Source: Gnetum montanum
Lineage: Eukaryota > Plantae > Gnetophyta
Direction: 5' to 3'
Length of the DNA stretch: 64,000 nucleotides
Assembly: GCA_015680685.1 (NCBI GenBank)
Contig: MNCI01002379.1
Location: 318,780 to 382,779, forward strand
In this document: piece after piece, positions 39,031-52,980 of the stretch
Layout of the letters: each line of letters begins with the position of its first letter
How positions within the stretch are numbered: the stretch's first letter is position 1
The notes under the pieces: generated by a model
What the model was told of the DNA's origin: nothing
Database searches by the model: none
What the model saw: only the letters and a program-made list of their open reading frames with translations
Position numbers and translations under genes: made by a program

Positions 39031-42000
39031 CTATGAGTCTTTGCTTGCACCACCATTCCCTATTTCACTGGGTCTTGTGTCTTCATTCAAATCCTGCATA
39101 ACAAAGAAAATAAAATAATGAATTAAAGTTACAAAAAAGGCTTTTATAAAATAAACTACAACACAACAAAAGTGACTAACCTAAGATGGCCCCACATCCA
39201 TTTCGAGGGGTATTCGATCCATGTTGGTCCCAAGACGTCGCAAGATCTCCTCCTCAGTGAGGTTGGCCCAATTCCCTTCCCTTAGATCATTGCTTGTTGT
39301 AACTTTCCCTTTTTTCATAGTTGTCCATCTTGGTGGTTATGGGGAAAAGGTGGCGGTGGTGGTCTCCCTAGTGGGAAGGGTTATTTCCCTTTTAGGAGAT
39401 TCACTGATAGTCACCTATGGCATGAACTTATCATAAGCACCAGAAGCACCAATGATATTAAGGAATAGCGTAAGGGTCTGCGACTTAACAGCAACATCCT
39501 AGTACTACTTACAATCGGTGGCACATTCCATTTTATACATATGTTTATGATTCTTTTGTGCCTATCCCCATTTGTAAACCTTCATGCTATAATCTTTCCA
39601 GTCTTGGTTCTTCTATGCTAGAAGGTCCATCTACATGTGATGTTGGATGATCTCGCATGTGGCTTCATTTTTGCTTCACACAGCTATCCAATATCTTGCA
39701 TAGTCGATAACGACGATATGCCAACTACCATCACGAGTGTCACGGGCCAACAGAAACTCATTTCTGGAATGGAGATCCTCCACCTTAGCAATTAGGTTGG
39801 TCTTTTCTTTCTCAAGCTTCTGTACCCTCTTCCAGAGGTCCTTGTTCATGCACCTACACTCCCATAAGGAGTGTGCTAAGTACAACGCACATTTACTCGT
39901 TTCATCATAAATGTGATAAGGTACCTTAGTTACCTCTGGCAAAATTTTAGGGACAACTTCAACATCAACCTCTTGCTTAGGGTCCACCTTGAGATGAGAG
40001 GTTGCCAACCACAATGGAAGAGCATTAGTCATAGTGACATAGCGAAATTGCAATGTAGAAATCCTAGCATAGAAAATTTAACATACCAATCTTCAAATCA
40101 ATTTGCCTTAGACGATTGATCATGTCATCGACCATCCCTTCATAAAAGTGAATTTGTCGGGGGTCTCAGTCCAAGGTCGGACATGGATGGAAGAAGAAGG
40201 GCCAAGGGCATCAATAGTGGTGTCTACTGCACAATAAAACATATTAGCCATTGTGTAAATGATAGTGTAAAGCTCCTACCCAGCAAACCCTCAGGGGTGA
40301 TAGCGGGACGATTTCCCATCGACACACTATCAAACAAGTATTCAAACTCACCAACATCAAATTGAAGCCCCTCTCTTTCCAACTGATCTAGCAGTGTAGC
40401 AGAATCCTCAACACTCATGTGTCCCTCGAGCACTAAACCACATTTGGTGAAAGGATCATCGGTAGGGCCCTCTTCCTCTATGGCAGGAACCTCTTCTTCT
40501 ATGGCCAGGGCCTCTTCATCCTCTTCAACAAGTGCTCCTATTCCAAGGGCTAGAGCCTCTTCCTCTTCTTCTTCCTCTTCTGCTGATAAAACATAATTGT
40601 AGTAAGAAAGGTATTACAACTTGAAATAGGTGCTACGTTGTGCAACGCTACCTAGTGTAGCATAGTGTAGCAAGCACTACGCTAACAAAATAGTGAAGCA
40701 CACTTACCAAATGGGGGTTGCACTCTACGAACTTTGATTTATAGCTTTTTTCCCCTCCCTTTATTCGGATGGGAGTTTCTTCTGTAGGGCGAGACTTTTT
40801 ACACTGTAGCCTAGTTTTTATAGTTTCTACAATCAGGCGTTCCTCCCTTAAGAAATTACCTATGTTGATGGGAGGTGCCTCTCCAGCAGTATCCTAACCA
40901 TAAAAGGTATGCCCCACCCAATCCCTTGTCATTATCGAAAATGATTTCTTGATAGCTTCCGGGGGATCTTGGGATTGGGTGGTGTGGAAGACCTAGTAAA
41001 TCCATGGCTTTGATATTTGGTTACGATCTTGCAATACCCAGACATCATTTTCATGAACCACCAAGAACTCTGCAAAGCATCGTAGGCAAGCTATGAAAAA
41101 GGCATAGTGCACATAGAAATGGGACTCAAGCTGCTTGCGAAGCTTGACCATCTTAGTGCACAAGCCTTCTAAAAAGTACCTAGCCTAATTGTAATGGGTC
41201 CCTTCCTCCATGACCTTCCTCATTATCCAAACTTGCTCCACTCCAAGGATTTTCCCTTGAGAGAGTAGCTTGGGGAAAGCATGGACATGGAAGACAAGGT
41301 AAATCATTTTGGCCACCGCTAGCTTAACCTTGTGGATGTAAATCTCCTTTTAGTCCTTGCTCATCCCTAGCCATTCCTCAATGTCCCATTGATGATTTGC
41401 ATCTTTCCTAGATTATTTTCCTATAGAGAGACCATCAGAAGAGATACCGAAAAGGTCTACAAATAGTTGATCATTAATTTCAAACACCACCCGCACATTA
41501 TGAAAACATGTGCAGAAGTGGTCAGCCTTCTCATGGAAGGAATTAGCTAGGGAAGGCATTTCTACAACCGGGACACTTGGACTTACAACCAAAAATAAAT
41601 CCATGAGCCCAGCCTCCTAAATGTTGTGAACTAGGGTGGCTAGGGCCCCATTGCAGAGCCAACGCTGAGTCTCCTCCACCTCCTAGTACTTGAAGAAGAG
41701 GTTGGTCTCGTCACATCCAAAGGTAATCACCATGACCTCTTGGGATTCTCTCTCCATTGTAATAGTTAGAAAAATACCAAAAAAAGGTAACAAAAATGAA
41801 AGCACATCATCACTTGAGTACATAATGACAAATTCATTGCCTGACATACCAAGTTTAAATGGCTTAAAAAATGGTGGAAGTTCCACTAGCATGTCTTCAA
41901 CCAATAAGTAGACGACGGGATGCCCATTCGCTATCCAACCAGCCAACTTCCTTACATTTCTCATAGAATTTGGAATACTTGGTTGGATAGGTTTTAAAAT

Positions 42001-43752
42001 CAAGCCCATGTTGTCCTATAATGCCAACACGCATATTCCTGGTAGAGGAGAACTCTTGCAGGGCCGTTTGGGCCAACGCCAAGGCATCCGTGTCACCGTG
42101 AAGACCATTCTTGTCAATATAAAACCTAGACACATAAGAATAATGTAAGCCCTTTTGACTAGAGCAAGGCAAATCATACAACATGTTTAAAACATCTTCA
42201 CAGGTTTCACCTGTTAGCATAATAAATGGTTCTAGGTGGGTTTTGAAAATAGGTGCCCATGTGACGGGTGACGTACAACGTATTGTATAGATGGTAGGAT
42301 TTGTATTCAAGAATTTCCCATATCCAACTTAGGTGCCTCAAGCCCCTTGGACATTGGTCTGAGCCTCCTGCCCCTTCACCCTGGGCAACAATGTTTCTTT
42401 AAGTACAATCATTATCTCAGCTAATAAGTGTGACCACACAATCACACTAAAATGATGGAGGAGGAACTCTAGGAACTCCTGTGCACCCTCGTGAAACCAG
42501 ATTGCTTGCTCCCTTACCCGCACATGGGGTGGGGGGCATTAGCTACAAGTTCGCTAAGGTAGCATAGGACTCCTACCACCTCAAGGATGATCAGGACGAG
42601 CTTCAATATGATCCTACATGACAAAGCGCCAAACGTTAGCATTATGTCCAAGTGATGATTACTGATATAGCGTAGCATGATCATCTATTTGCATATAGCA
42701 TAGTGTGACCCTCTATTTATGTATAGCATAGCATGACCCCCCTTGTTTACATGTAGTGTAGCGTTATCCTCTAGTTACATTGCATACAGGATAGCAAAAT
42801 TTCATGTGTAGTATAGCATAGCAGTTAAGCCCTGTGTAGTGTAACAATAGTGGGTACACCCCACAGTGTGATAGTTACATGTTACACAACACAAAGTAAT
42901 AAATATACCTAATATAGCACAATGTAATAGTTACACTTTCACATAAGGGTGATGGCTACGTTACATGCAGCGTAGCAAGACGAATGCACTGCATGCAACA
43001 TAGTAAATGAACAAGCACAAGTAGACATGTAAGAATGTAACAAGCAGAACACTGCAACAGGTGTCACAACATAGCAAATCTGGCAGTATAGTAAATTTAA
43101 CAGCATAGCAACGTTACAAGTTTACTACCATAGCAATGTGACAAACTACCAACATAATGGCTTAAGGGCCTCACAACATAGTAGCATAGCATAACAACAA
43201 CAATGTTATAGTCTAACCACATAGATGAAAAGGAATTGATAGTGCCCCCATCATCCCAACCCTACCCTACCTCATGAAATAGCTCGCCCTACACTATGCA
43301 AAACATGTGTCATGCTGCCGCAAAACTTTGCAAAGAAACAAACCCCTCTAAGGGTGGTATGCTATGCCAAGCATGCAATACACTGCCCAGAACTGCCCAA
43401 ACCCCTATGATAACATAGTCACCATTCCTAACAATGGCAACCAGAGCAGGACTACATGCAGCTGTAGCGTACCACCTGTATAGCCACTGCAACCAAGTGG
43501 CGACAACCATGGCGTAACAGCCAAAATGGCAACAAAAATAGTGACAATATTTGCAAAAATAACAACAATAATGGCAATGGTAATCTAACCACGTGCATCA
43601 CATAATGGAAACAAGGGTAGCATAACAACTTACCGAGCTGACAGAGCCTCTTGTCACACCTCAATGCATGCCTTGGATAGGCATCCCAGAGTGTCCCTCA
43701 CCTTGTTCACCTTGGCCAGTCCCCGATGCTTGTGTTTGCCTTTACACACCAT
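39031..43752 (-). pseudogene. Antisense multi-exon accessory gene of element C
   Basis: Exon 1 43752-43634 (MVCKGKHK...CG|GTAAGT); exon 2 LKLVLIILEVVGVL...WFHEGAQEFLEFLLHHFSVIVWSH; coiled coil LWKRVQKLEKEK; NWANLTEEEILRRL. Confidence 0.8.
42660..43200. repeat. Dense CAGCGTAGCA-derived repeats in intron 1 of the C accessory gene
   Basis: Many tagcgtagca/tagcatagca/cagcgtagca copies. Confidence 0.75.
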
Positions 43753-43883
43753 TACCTCATCCACAAATCACTAGTACCAGCTGCTACGCTATGCTTGTTA
43801 TGCTCTCTCTTTAGTTGACTGCACTACTCTCTAAGTGTGAGCTTTAACAAGGAAAATGACAAGTTTACCAAGGGTTAATCCCA

Positions 43884-43891
43884 TATTTATA
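43884..43891 (-). promoter_or_regulatory. Candidate TATA box of the C accessory gene
   Basis: GGCTATAAATA on minus, about 130 bp upstream of the ATG at 43752. Confidence 0.55.
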
Positions 43892-44059
43892 GCCAAAGCA
43901 GTAAAATACTTGTCACTTTCACATTCCAGGTAATGCGGGACACTACTACAGCATAGCACTGCTAGTGCAGTCCCACCACAAGGTAACACATCGGCAGCAT
44001 AGTAAGTGGGCCCACCAAAATGTTTACTCTACATTTACAAATTTTAAATACCATAGTTC

Positions 44060-44410
44060 GCAAAGACCTTAAACTAGTAATGTTAACCTACAATATAGCC
44101 TAGTAACAGTCTACAAAAACCTTAAACTAGCAAACTTAACCTATAGTGTGGTCCATATGACGATCCGCAAAGACCTTAAACTAGCAATTTTAACCCACAA
44201 TACAGTACCACCACAGTCCACAAAGACCTTAAACTAATAACGTTAACCTATGATACATCCCAATGATGGTCCACCATGACCTTAAACTAGCAATTTTAAC
44301 ATTAGTTTCACATTTTAAGCCCAATTACGGTCTGCCATGACATTCATTTTACATTTTAAGACCAAACTATTACATTATTAGGGTCCACAAAGACCTTAAA
44401 CTAGCAATTA
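44060..44410. repeat. About 52-bp tandem repeat (AAAGACCTTAAACTAGCAA...) upstream of the C RT
   Basis: At least six copies of gaccttaaacta. Confidence 0.85.
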
Positions 44411-44517
44411 TCTTATGTTGCATCATTGATTTACATATTTCTTTTACATGTTATTGCTTCAAATAAGTATTACTTGACTTGGTTTATTTTCTTGTTGTAA
44501 CAAGTCCACCTGAAAAA

Positions 44518-47500
44518 ATGGCTATGCATGGTGATCTTTGTTCACCTTTGACCTTAACAGGTCCCTATGGAAAGTTTACAAGGTGCTTGTGTCAAGAATT
44601 GGTAGACTTTGAATCATCCTCTCACAACATCGTAGCATGCATGGAAACATCCCTAGACTGGCCCAAACATTTGGTCCAAGCCTTAGACTTAGAGGCTGGG
44701 GATGTAACTGAGGACCCTCTCACTGAAATCCCCGTAACTACCACCAGAGGTGAAGCAAAAACCCTAAAAGTTAGCTCTTTGTTACATCCATAGGTACACC
44801 AAAACATCTCAAGAGTTCTCCATGATAATGTTAAAGTGTTTGCATGGTCAGATGATTACATGCTAGGCTTTGACCCACGACTCATACAGCACAACATTAT
44901 CCTAGATCCACGTGTCAAAGTAGTTAAGAAAAAAGCTCGTAAAATCAAACCAAAGATTGCACTAGTTGTACGCAATGAAATCACCAAGCTTTATCAAGCT
45001 AGTTTCATTCTGGGTGGTCGATTACTCGAAATGGGTATCGAACATTATTGTAGTTTCTAAGAAAATAGGAGGTATATGAAATTGTATAGACTTTTGAGAC
45101 TTGAACAAAGTAATGCTTAAGGATGACTTCCCATTACCAAGTATCAATCAACTTATAGACACTATGGTTGTTGAAGCCTTACTGTCATTCATGGATGGGT
45201 TCTCAGGCTATAACCAGATTTGTATAAACCTGAAGCATTAGTTCTCAACCACTTTCATGACCTGTTGGGGAACCTTTTATTATGCAATGATCCCCTTTGG
45301 ACTCAATAATGCTGGATAAACCTACCAACGAGTGATGACATACATTTTTAGTGACTACCTTTTGGAGAGATTGAATGATTACATCGATGATATAGCAGTC
45401 AAGTCTAAGGAAGCTATTGAAAATCCTAATGATCTTAATATAGTCCTCTAATGTTGTCAAAGGCATGACCTACACCTCAACCCTAAGAAATGTGTTTTCA
45501 AAGTTAAAATCAGACACATGCTATGTTTTGTAGTATCGAAAATAGGAATATGAGTGGACCTCGATAAAGTGAGGGCCATCATCAACTTAGCACTGCCTAC
45601 AAACCTTAAAGAGCTACATGGGTTGCAAGGCAGAGTACAACTTATCAAAAGGTTTATCACAAGGTTGATGGACAAGCTACACCCCATGCAACACCTACTC
45701 AAAAAGGGGATCAACTTTGAGTGGACAGATCAATGTCAACAAGCCTTTGATAACCTAAAGAAAGAGCTTTTGCATATCCCAACTATTTACCCACCACAGA
45801 GGGATAAGCCTTTCTATATCTACCTTGCCACTTCAGACATATCTATTGCTACGTTGCTATGTCAAAAAAGAGATGACAGGTCTAAAATCTCGATCTACTA
45901 CTTAAGCCATGCATTAATAGCTTATGAGGGAAAATACAATGAAGTAGAAAAATATTGTCTCACCCAAGTGTTTTCACTAAAAAATTAGAGACATTACCTA
46001 TTTTGTAGCAAAGTCAACATCATATGCAAGAGCAACATACTTTGGGTTATCACAACAAACTTGTACGAGAGTAGTAGGATAGCCCGATGGAAAGCTATAA
46101 TGGTGGAATTCAATTTACATTATGTAGCTCAATCATCAACAAAGGGTCAAGCAATAGCCACACAGCTTACAACTTCACCCGTTGATGATTGGACAATAAT
46201 AGAACCCAAATTCCTTGATGAACACATCAATAGCCTAAGCCCTATGCCATCTGATTTCGAAGCAACTTTACATTTTCAACCACACAAGGTGAAAGCACTG
46301 TCATACTTATTACGTTTCCCTCTGAGGAAATTCAACCCTTTGCATATCACTTTATGTTCCTTTGTATGAACAATGTAGTTGAGTATGAAGGACTCCTGAG
46401 GATCCTCTTAGTAGCCTAAGAGCTAAAGATCCAACATTTGGCAGTTCAAGGCGACTCACAATTAGTTGTTAACTAGATCACTGAAGTCTATGCTTGCAAG
46501 GCTTTGCATTTGCAACCTTATTGTGATCTAGCTAAGAGTTTACTAAAACAGTTTACAATGTTAGACGTTCAACATGTGCCTCATAACAAGAACACCATAG
46601 CCGATGCACTAGCCATGTTAGCATTGAATGTGCCATCGCCCATGTTTGTAACTTTCCTTGCTTCGATAATAGAATGCATAGATCATATTCCTCAAGTGGT
46701 GCAGATCGCATCTGTCATTGCGAAAGATATCCAAGAATGGTATGCCAACTTTAAAGATTACCTTTAACATGGCAAACCCCCACATGGCTTGACATCCACT
46801 CAAAAGGATGCAATCTGAAAACGAGCCTAGCAATATGTCCTCATAGGAGATAACACCTTATGCAAACACTCCTTTGATGGGATATTGCTAACTTGCATTG
46901 TTGGGGAAGAAGCATAGAAAATTGTTAACAAAGTCCATGAGGAACTATGTGGAGGACACATAGCCCCTAGGGCTATGGAAGCAAAACTCAGATGCCTATG
47001 GTACTACTAGCCTTACATCGAATAAGATTTCCTTGCCAGAGTTAGTACATGTGATGTATGTCAACGCCATGCAAATCTCATACATGTGTCACCTACTACG
47101 TTACATCCTACATAGATCACGTGGCCATTCCAATGATGGGGACTGGACATCATAGGACCCATCATGCCTAAGTCTTCCACAGGTCATAGCTTTATCATCA
47201 CTACAACTAAATATTTCACAAAATGGGTGAAGCTATTCCCCTAAGGAAGACTACATCTCATCAGGCTTGCCACTTTATCTTGGATAACATAGTAATAAGA
47301 TTTGGTCTTCCCATAACTATTGTAACAAACAATGGGCCATAATTTAGTAGCATGGAAACCAAAACCTTTTGTGACATCCTTAGCATCAAGCACTCCTTTT
47401 CATCATCATACTACCCACAAGCAAATGGTCAAGAAGAGGCAACAAACAAATCCATCATCAACCTACTCAAAAAGATGCTCAGTAGTAGTAAGAGGCTATG

Positions 47501-47900
47501 GCATGAGCAAATCCTCTACGTGTTGTGGGCTTACTGTACGACATGCCAAATAGCTACAGGTAAGATCCTATATAGTCTTATTTATGGATTTGAAGCAGTG
47601 TTACCTCTTGAATTGTACGTTCCATCACTTAGAATGATCCTTTCAAACATTTTGGAAAAGGCTTAGAACAACAAGTCAAGGGTCATCGATCTTGACTTTG
47701 TAGAGGAGGAGTGTGCTGAACACTTGATCGCATCGAACGGTACTAAGACAAGCAATGACAAAAGCACCACTATAATATACATCAATGTCCAATCAAGAAG
47801 GGGGACCTAGTCCTCAAGGCTATTCATGAGTATGTAAAAAAATTCTCAGCCAACTGGGAAGGCCCTTTCATAGTCATGAAAGCCTATGAGAACGAGGCGT
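44518..47900 (+). pseudogene. pol: pol of element C (RT-RH-aRH-INT), end in gap 47902-48110
   Basis: MDGFSGYNQ, YIDD, KPFYIYLATSD, YYPQANGQEEA, WEGPF. Confidence 0.93.
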
Positions 47901-48826
47901 TNNNNNNNNNNNNNNNNNNNNNNNNNNNNNNNNNNNNNNNNNNNNNNNNNNNNNNNNNNNNNNNNNNNNNNNNNNNNNNNNNNNNNNNNNNNNNNNNNNN
48001 NNNNNNNNNNNNNNNNNNNNNNNNNNNNNNNNNNNNNNNNNNNNNNNNNNNNNNNNNNNNNNNNNNNNNNNNNNNNNNNNNNNNNNNNNNNNNNNNNNNN
48101 NNNNNNNNNNACCCTATGAACAAGTGAGCATGCACACTCTTAATATCCCTAGACAACATGGGATGGGACATTGCAATTCCAGAATGTAGTTCACATTGCT
48201 AAGAAAAAACTCTCTAGAACACATGCAACATCACCACCCTTGGCATCTTGCTGATCTTCCGGAGATATCATTTAGCATCTTACTAACCTTTTGGAGCTAC
48301 TGCTACCATAGCCACTCATCCTAGCAGTACCTCTTACTGTCAGTACCTGCTGCTAGAGTCCTAGCACTATTTTGGCTTAGCCACAAGTATGCCACCCTTC
48401 AGCCCTCACCATTTTCTGAGCCACAAGGATGTTCAACTGTTAGGCCTTTCACCTTGCAACTAGACTACATGATGCTTGCATTAGGTAAGGAATCCTAAGC
48501 ATCTGCATCATCACTACTTCTAGTCTCTTCAATGCCACCCTTCCCAGCCTACCATGGCTAAGATCTGTGTTGGCCTTCCTTCTTTGGACTTCGCACACCT
48601 CAGCAACAATATTTTCCATTCCAGTGGTGTCTAAAGCAAGCAGGACTTCACTCCCACTTCACTTTATGGTTTTTTTTCTAGTTTTCTCTCTGTTATATTT
48701 GTAGGATACAAGCCAAGATGGCATCGTTCAGAGATGCGTTTCACCAAGAAAGCCAATGCACTACATTGCTTCAAAGTCTTCACTTCAATTAACCTCGTTG
48801 CTTAAGAGTACATGTCCTATTCTCCT

Positions 48827-50548
48827 TGTACTGACCGAAATATTCAGTGTAAGGCTAGAAGGGAAAAAAAACAAACATCGAAAGATTGTCAGATAAACAC
48901 AACTGACCCTGCCTTTGCATGAGGGCACATTGGAAAGAAAAATAAAGGCAGAGTTCCTTGGATGGTCTACACGCAAATCAACCAAGGACTTCCCTGAACA
49001 TAAGCTACAGCTTGCGCTGGGGTTATCATAACTGATGTTCGGAATGCAAATAGTAATGTACAAAATGCAAAAAGCACATATACAGAAATATATTGTAGAG
49101 AAAGCATAAACTAAATTTAAAATAAGTAAACAATATAATAGAAGGAAAAATGGACTGTATTGTATTGCTTAGAATGAATGTGCACTGGTCAAAGTGTAGT
49201 TACATGTGTGTGGATGGCAAATCAAGCACAAAGCCATAGGGTGATATGCTTGTAAGTGCTTGGATGCTAGGAGTCAGGTGTGCTTGAGTGTCCAAAAGTT
49301 GCTAGTCAGTGTTTCCTAAGCCGTCAACCTTCAAAATTGCCAACCTTGTTTACGTGAATTGACAAGGTATTTATAGGGTTTAGCTAAGCTCGGGTGCAAA
49401 ACTCATGGATGGAATCAATGGCTAAGAGATGAGAGGAAAATAGATCATGTGACATGTGTGCAATGGACAGTTGTATGTGAGTTGGACACGCACGAGCAAG
49501 CTACGTTTTTGACTAGATCCACCATATCTTACAGCATGTGTTTGGCTTACACAAGCTAACTTACACTTATGGAAGTAGATGCAATATTGGAGCATAAGAG
49601 CTTGACGAGATCACAAATGATGAAAATTTACAATAAAAATGATAATGTACAACAAGATAGATCAGCTCCATCTCACTTGAAACTTGTCAATCCTTGAATT
49701 GTTGCAGGATGTCGATTCGAGTGGTTTTGTGGCTATTTGAGGCATCTCTATTTAACCAGTACTTCTAGCATGAGTGGATTTTGTCTTGGCATGTTCTTAG
49801 CATGAGTTTGTTGTGCTTTCGACTGAGCGTGATCAGTACTCATGCTACACTCACGTTGCTAGCATGAGTGAGCCAAAAATGACATATTTCACACTAAGTT
49901 TTGATTTTTGAAGCATGTTTCCTAAGTATAGAAATTTCTTAACTATGGTTGACCTTAAGAGTGATTTGAAATCAAAAATTAAGCTTGATGTGTCTTGATT
50001 TAAGCCACTTTTGATAGCTCACGCTAGACTCATGTTGCCAGTGTGAGTGCAACATGACCACAACGTGAGCTGCAAAAACTTGCAATTTTGGACCTGAAAT
50101 CTAGAATTCTGGAGACTGGAACTTGAATTTGTCAATAATGAACCCTGAGGACAACTTGCACCTTGGAATTCAAATCATTTCAACTCAATTTTAAGATTTT
50201 CAAAATTGGTCACGCTATACTCACGGTGCCAACGTGACCTCAGCGTGAGTTAGAAAATTTATGCCATTTGACCCTAAATTTGAATTCCTAAATGCTGATA
50301 CTTGAATTGGACACAACAGTGACCCTTAAGAATGACTTGCACCCTCAGATTGAACCACCTTTAACTTAGTTTTGAGGATTTGGAGTTGCTCACGTTGAGG
50401 GCAAGCTAGCTTGACAATGTGAGAAAGCTGGCTTGAGCAAGCTGAGCATGAGTTCCATGCCTTAGTAAAATTTTTACTTCCCAAAAGCTAAAAAAGGCTC
50501 TAGGTTGTTTTCATTTTGAAGTGTTAGGCCGAAATTGGTGGTTTTTCA
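48827..50548 (-). mobile_element. Solo LTR of the B family in the 3' UTR of element C
   Basis: TG...CA, full-length alignment to the B LTRs, TSD CTCCT/CTCCC, no adjacent PBS or PPT. Confidence 0.9.
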
Positions 50549-51223
50549 CTCCCTTTTAGCCAGTTTAACCTCCATCCCTTATATTTGCAACTTTTTCATA
50601 TTCTTTTACAAGCTTTCCTAACACACAGAGCCCCTTCACATGCCCAACCGCCAAGTGCATGGTGGATGTAATGCAACTCATCCCATGGGAAGCACCTGTA
50701 GGTAGATCAAAGCCCCACATGGATGTAACACAATTTATCCCAAGGAGGAAACACCTATCCTGCAACAACAACAAGGTTGTCTGCAAGTGAACGTGGGTGT
50801 ACAGCAAAGGAAAAAGCACAAAAAATGCAAAAAGAGCAAAAAATCTCAAAAAAAAAGGTTCCTAAAAAATGGCATAGTAACTACTTTACACTTTCTTTGG
50901 CCATAAATCAACCATCTCTAAGCACTCCGATGAGAGGTCAAAGGCCAACAAAGAAAAACACCCATGCGCACTAACTCCCTCACAAGCACTCCAACGAGGG
51001 ATCATGCTATGGCGATAGTTTTCCAAGGCATCACACTTTTTCTTCCCTAAACCTATTTCCTTAATTCCATCATTTACCCCCATACCCTACATCACTCTCT
51101 TAGTACTCTCAAATGTAGAAAAGTGTCATGAGTGGGCACTAAAGAGCGATGTTGGTGTCTAGTTCTTCATGGTGTTTCATATTCTTTGTCGACGTCTCTC
51201 GGGAAAATCCTCCAGACGTCAAC

Positions 51224-51236
51224 AAAGAGGGGCCAC
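51224..51236 (+). promoter_or_regulatory. Polypurine tract of element C
   Basis: AAAGAGGGGCCAC directly before TGAAACACC. Confidence 0.85.
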
Positions 51237-51914
51237 TGAAACACCATAAATTTCAGGACTCTCATGATTCAATAGTCCCAAAATGTGGGCAAGGATCCCC
51301 ACAAGCATCATGTCATGCTAGACCATGAATATAATTCCCTCTGCAACACAGTCAACATGGCATCCAACCACAAGGCCAGTTTGCATGAAAGGGGTACTAG
51401 GGGTAAACTGTACAGTCTGGTAAGTTTTCTCTCTCTAGGTCTGATAGGCTTGTTAAACTCTCTAGCTTGCCCAACTTGGCACTTGACCCAGCTAATGGTC
51501 TACCTAGGGACCATGCTAGGAGTTGCTGAAAGTGCTCAGGATGAACGAAACAGCTCGGCAAGTTCTCTAACTATGAGACTTGCTATGCTACACTACGTTG
51601 AACAGTGTAGTAGGCCTCAAGGAGACTAATTACACTGAAAGAATGTGGATTGAAAACAACTCAATCTTCTAGGACATTTTCCCCACTTCATTCTTGATGC
51701 ATGAGCAATATGACACAGCAAAAAGGTGGCAAATTTCATCAGTGTATCCTCTTCATTTTAGTGCTATGCTATGTTACGCTCCACAACAGGAGTACACTCT
51801 AACAATACTCCTACTTAGATGGCACTGATGGAGTAAGTACATTTTCCCACGCTTCAACCATCAAACCAATTTTTGCTGACACACCGACTAACATCCCGTG
51901 ACCAAACGTTTGCA
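51237..51914 (+). repeat. Truncated 3' LTR of element C
   Basis: Aligns with 13760-~14485, then switches abruptly to the RT of element E. Confidence 0.9.
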
Positions 51915-52980
51915 TGTTAGTTATTTCCTTAACCTTATTAGGGTCTACCCATATCCCCATTCCAAAGACTACGAAGCCAACATTTTTCCCATTTTGACAC
52001 CAAAGAGACACTTCTTTTGATTGAGTCTAAGGTTATACTTGAGACAATGTTTAAGCACTTGGTCTAGATCTTTAGCATGTTGTTCGATTGTTTTAGATTT
52101 AACTATGATATCATGAACATAATCATTGAGCAAATTGAGCATGTAATCACTAAATATATATGTCATTGCTCTTTGATATGTAGCGCTTGCATTTTTAAGA
52201 TCAAACGACATCATCATATAACAAAATGTGCCCCAAGGTGTTATAAAGGTTTTTCTGAGTCGATGTTTTGGATTGATTCTTATGATTGTATCCCGAGAAT
52301 CCATCCATAAAGGATAATAGTGCATGCCCAGCAGTTGTGTCAATGAGTTTATCAATGCTGGATAGCGGGAAGTCATTCTTTATAGTGGCTACATTGAGAT
52401 CACAGAAGTCAATGCATATGCGTATGCTACTGTTCTTCTTAGGAACTACAACAATTTTTGATACCCAGTCGGAATAGTCAATAGCTCGGATGAAACCAGC
52501 TTGGTAGAGCTTTGTGATTTTAGCACGGACTGCTAACACTACTTTAGGATTAACCTTTTGGTCCTTTTGCTTCACTGGTTTGATCTTTTCATTGAGAATG
52601 ATGTTGTGTTGGACGATTTGAGGGTTTAATCTTGGCATGTCAGTATATCACCACACGAATGTTTTTCTATTGTCTTTTAGTACCCAAATGATGTCACTGA
52701 CAAGTTGTGAGTCCAATAGGGCACTTAATTTCAATGTTCTATTTTCACCCTTGAATGTAGTAACAGGGACTTCAACAAGAGGATCTTCAATGATATTATC
52801 AGCCTCTAGATCTAATTTTTTAGCCATATTTTTAGGCCAATCCAACGTTTCCTGAGTGGAGGCTATTAAATTAGTATAAGTGCATGGATCTAGATCCAAG
52901 GATTTGAAATTGATTATTCTTTTTATCTCCCCATTTGGTCCACTAAGAGACAATGCTAAAAGGATATTCTTCGTGGCCAT
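51910..52980 (-). pseudogene. pol: N-terminal RT part of element E pol
   Basis: RICIDFCDLN, LLSFMDGFSGYN, TPWGTFCY, YVHDIIVKS. Confidence 0.93.

Larger units (their letters stand above)
13760..51914 (+). mobile_element. Element C: Tat/Ogre-like retrotransposon hosting element B and a solo LTR; 3' LTR truncated
   Basis: LTR at 13760 matches the LTR at 51237; PBS 15991; gag-PR, antisense gene, pol and PPT in order. Confidence 0.88.
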
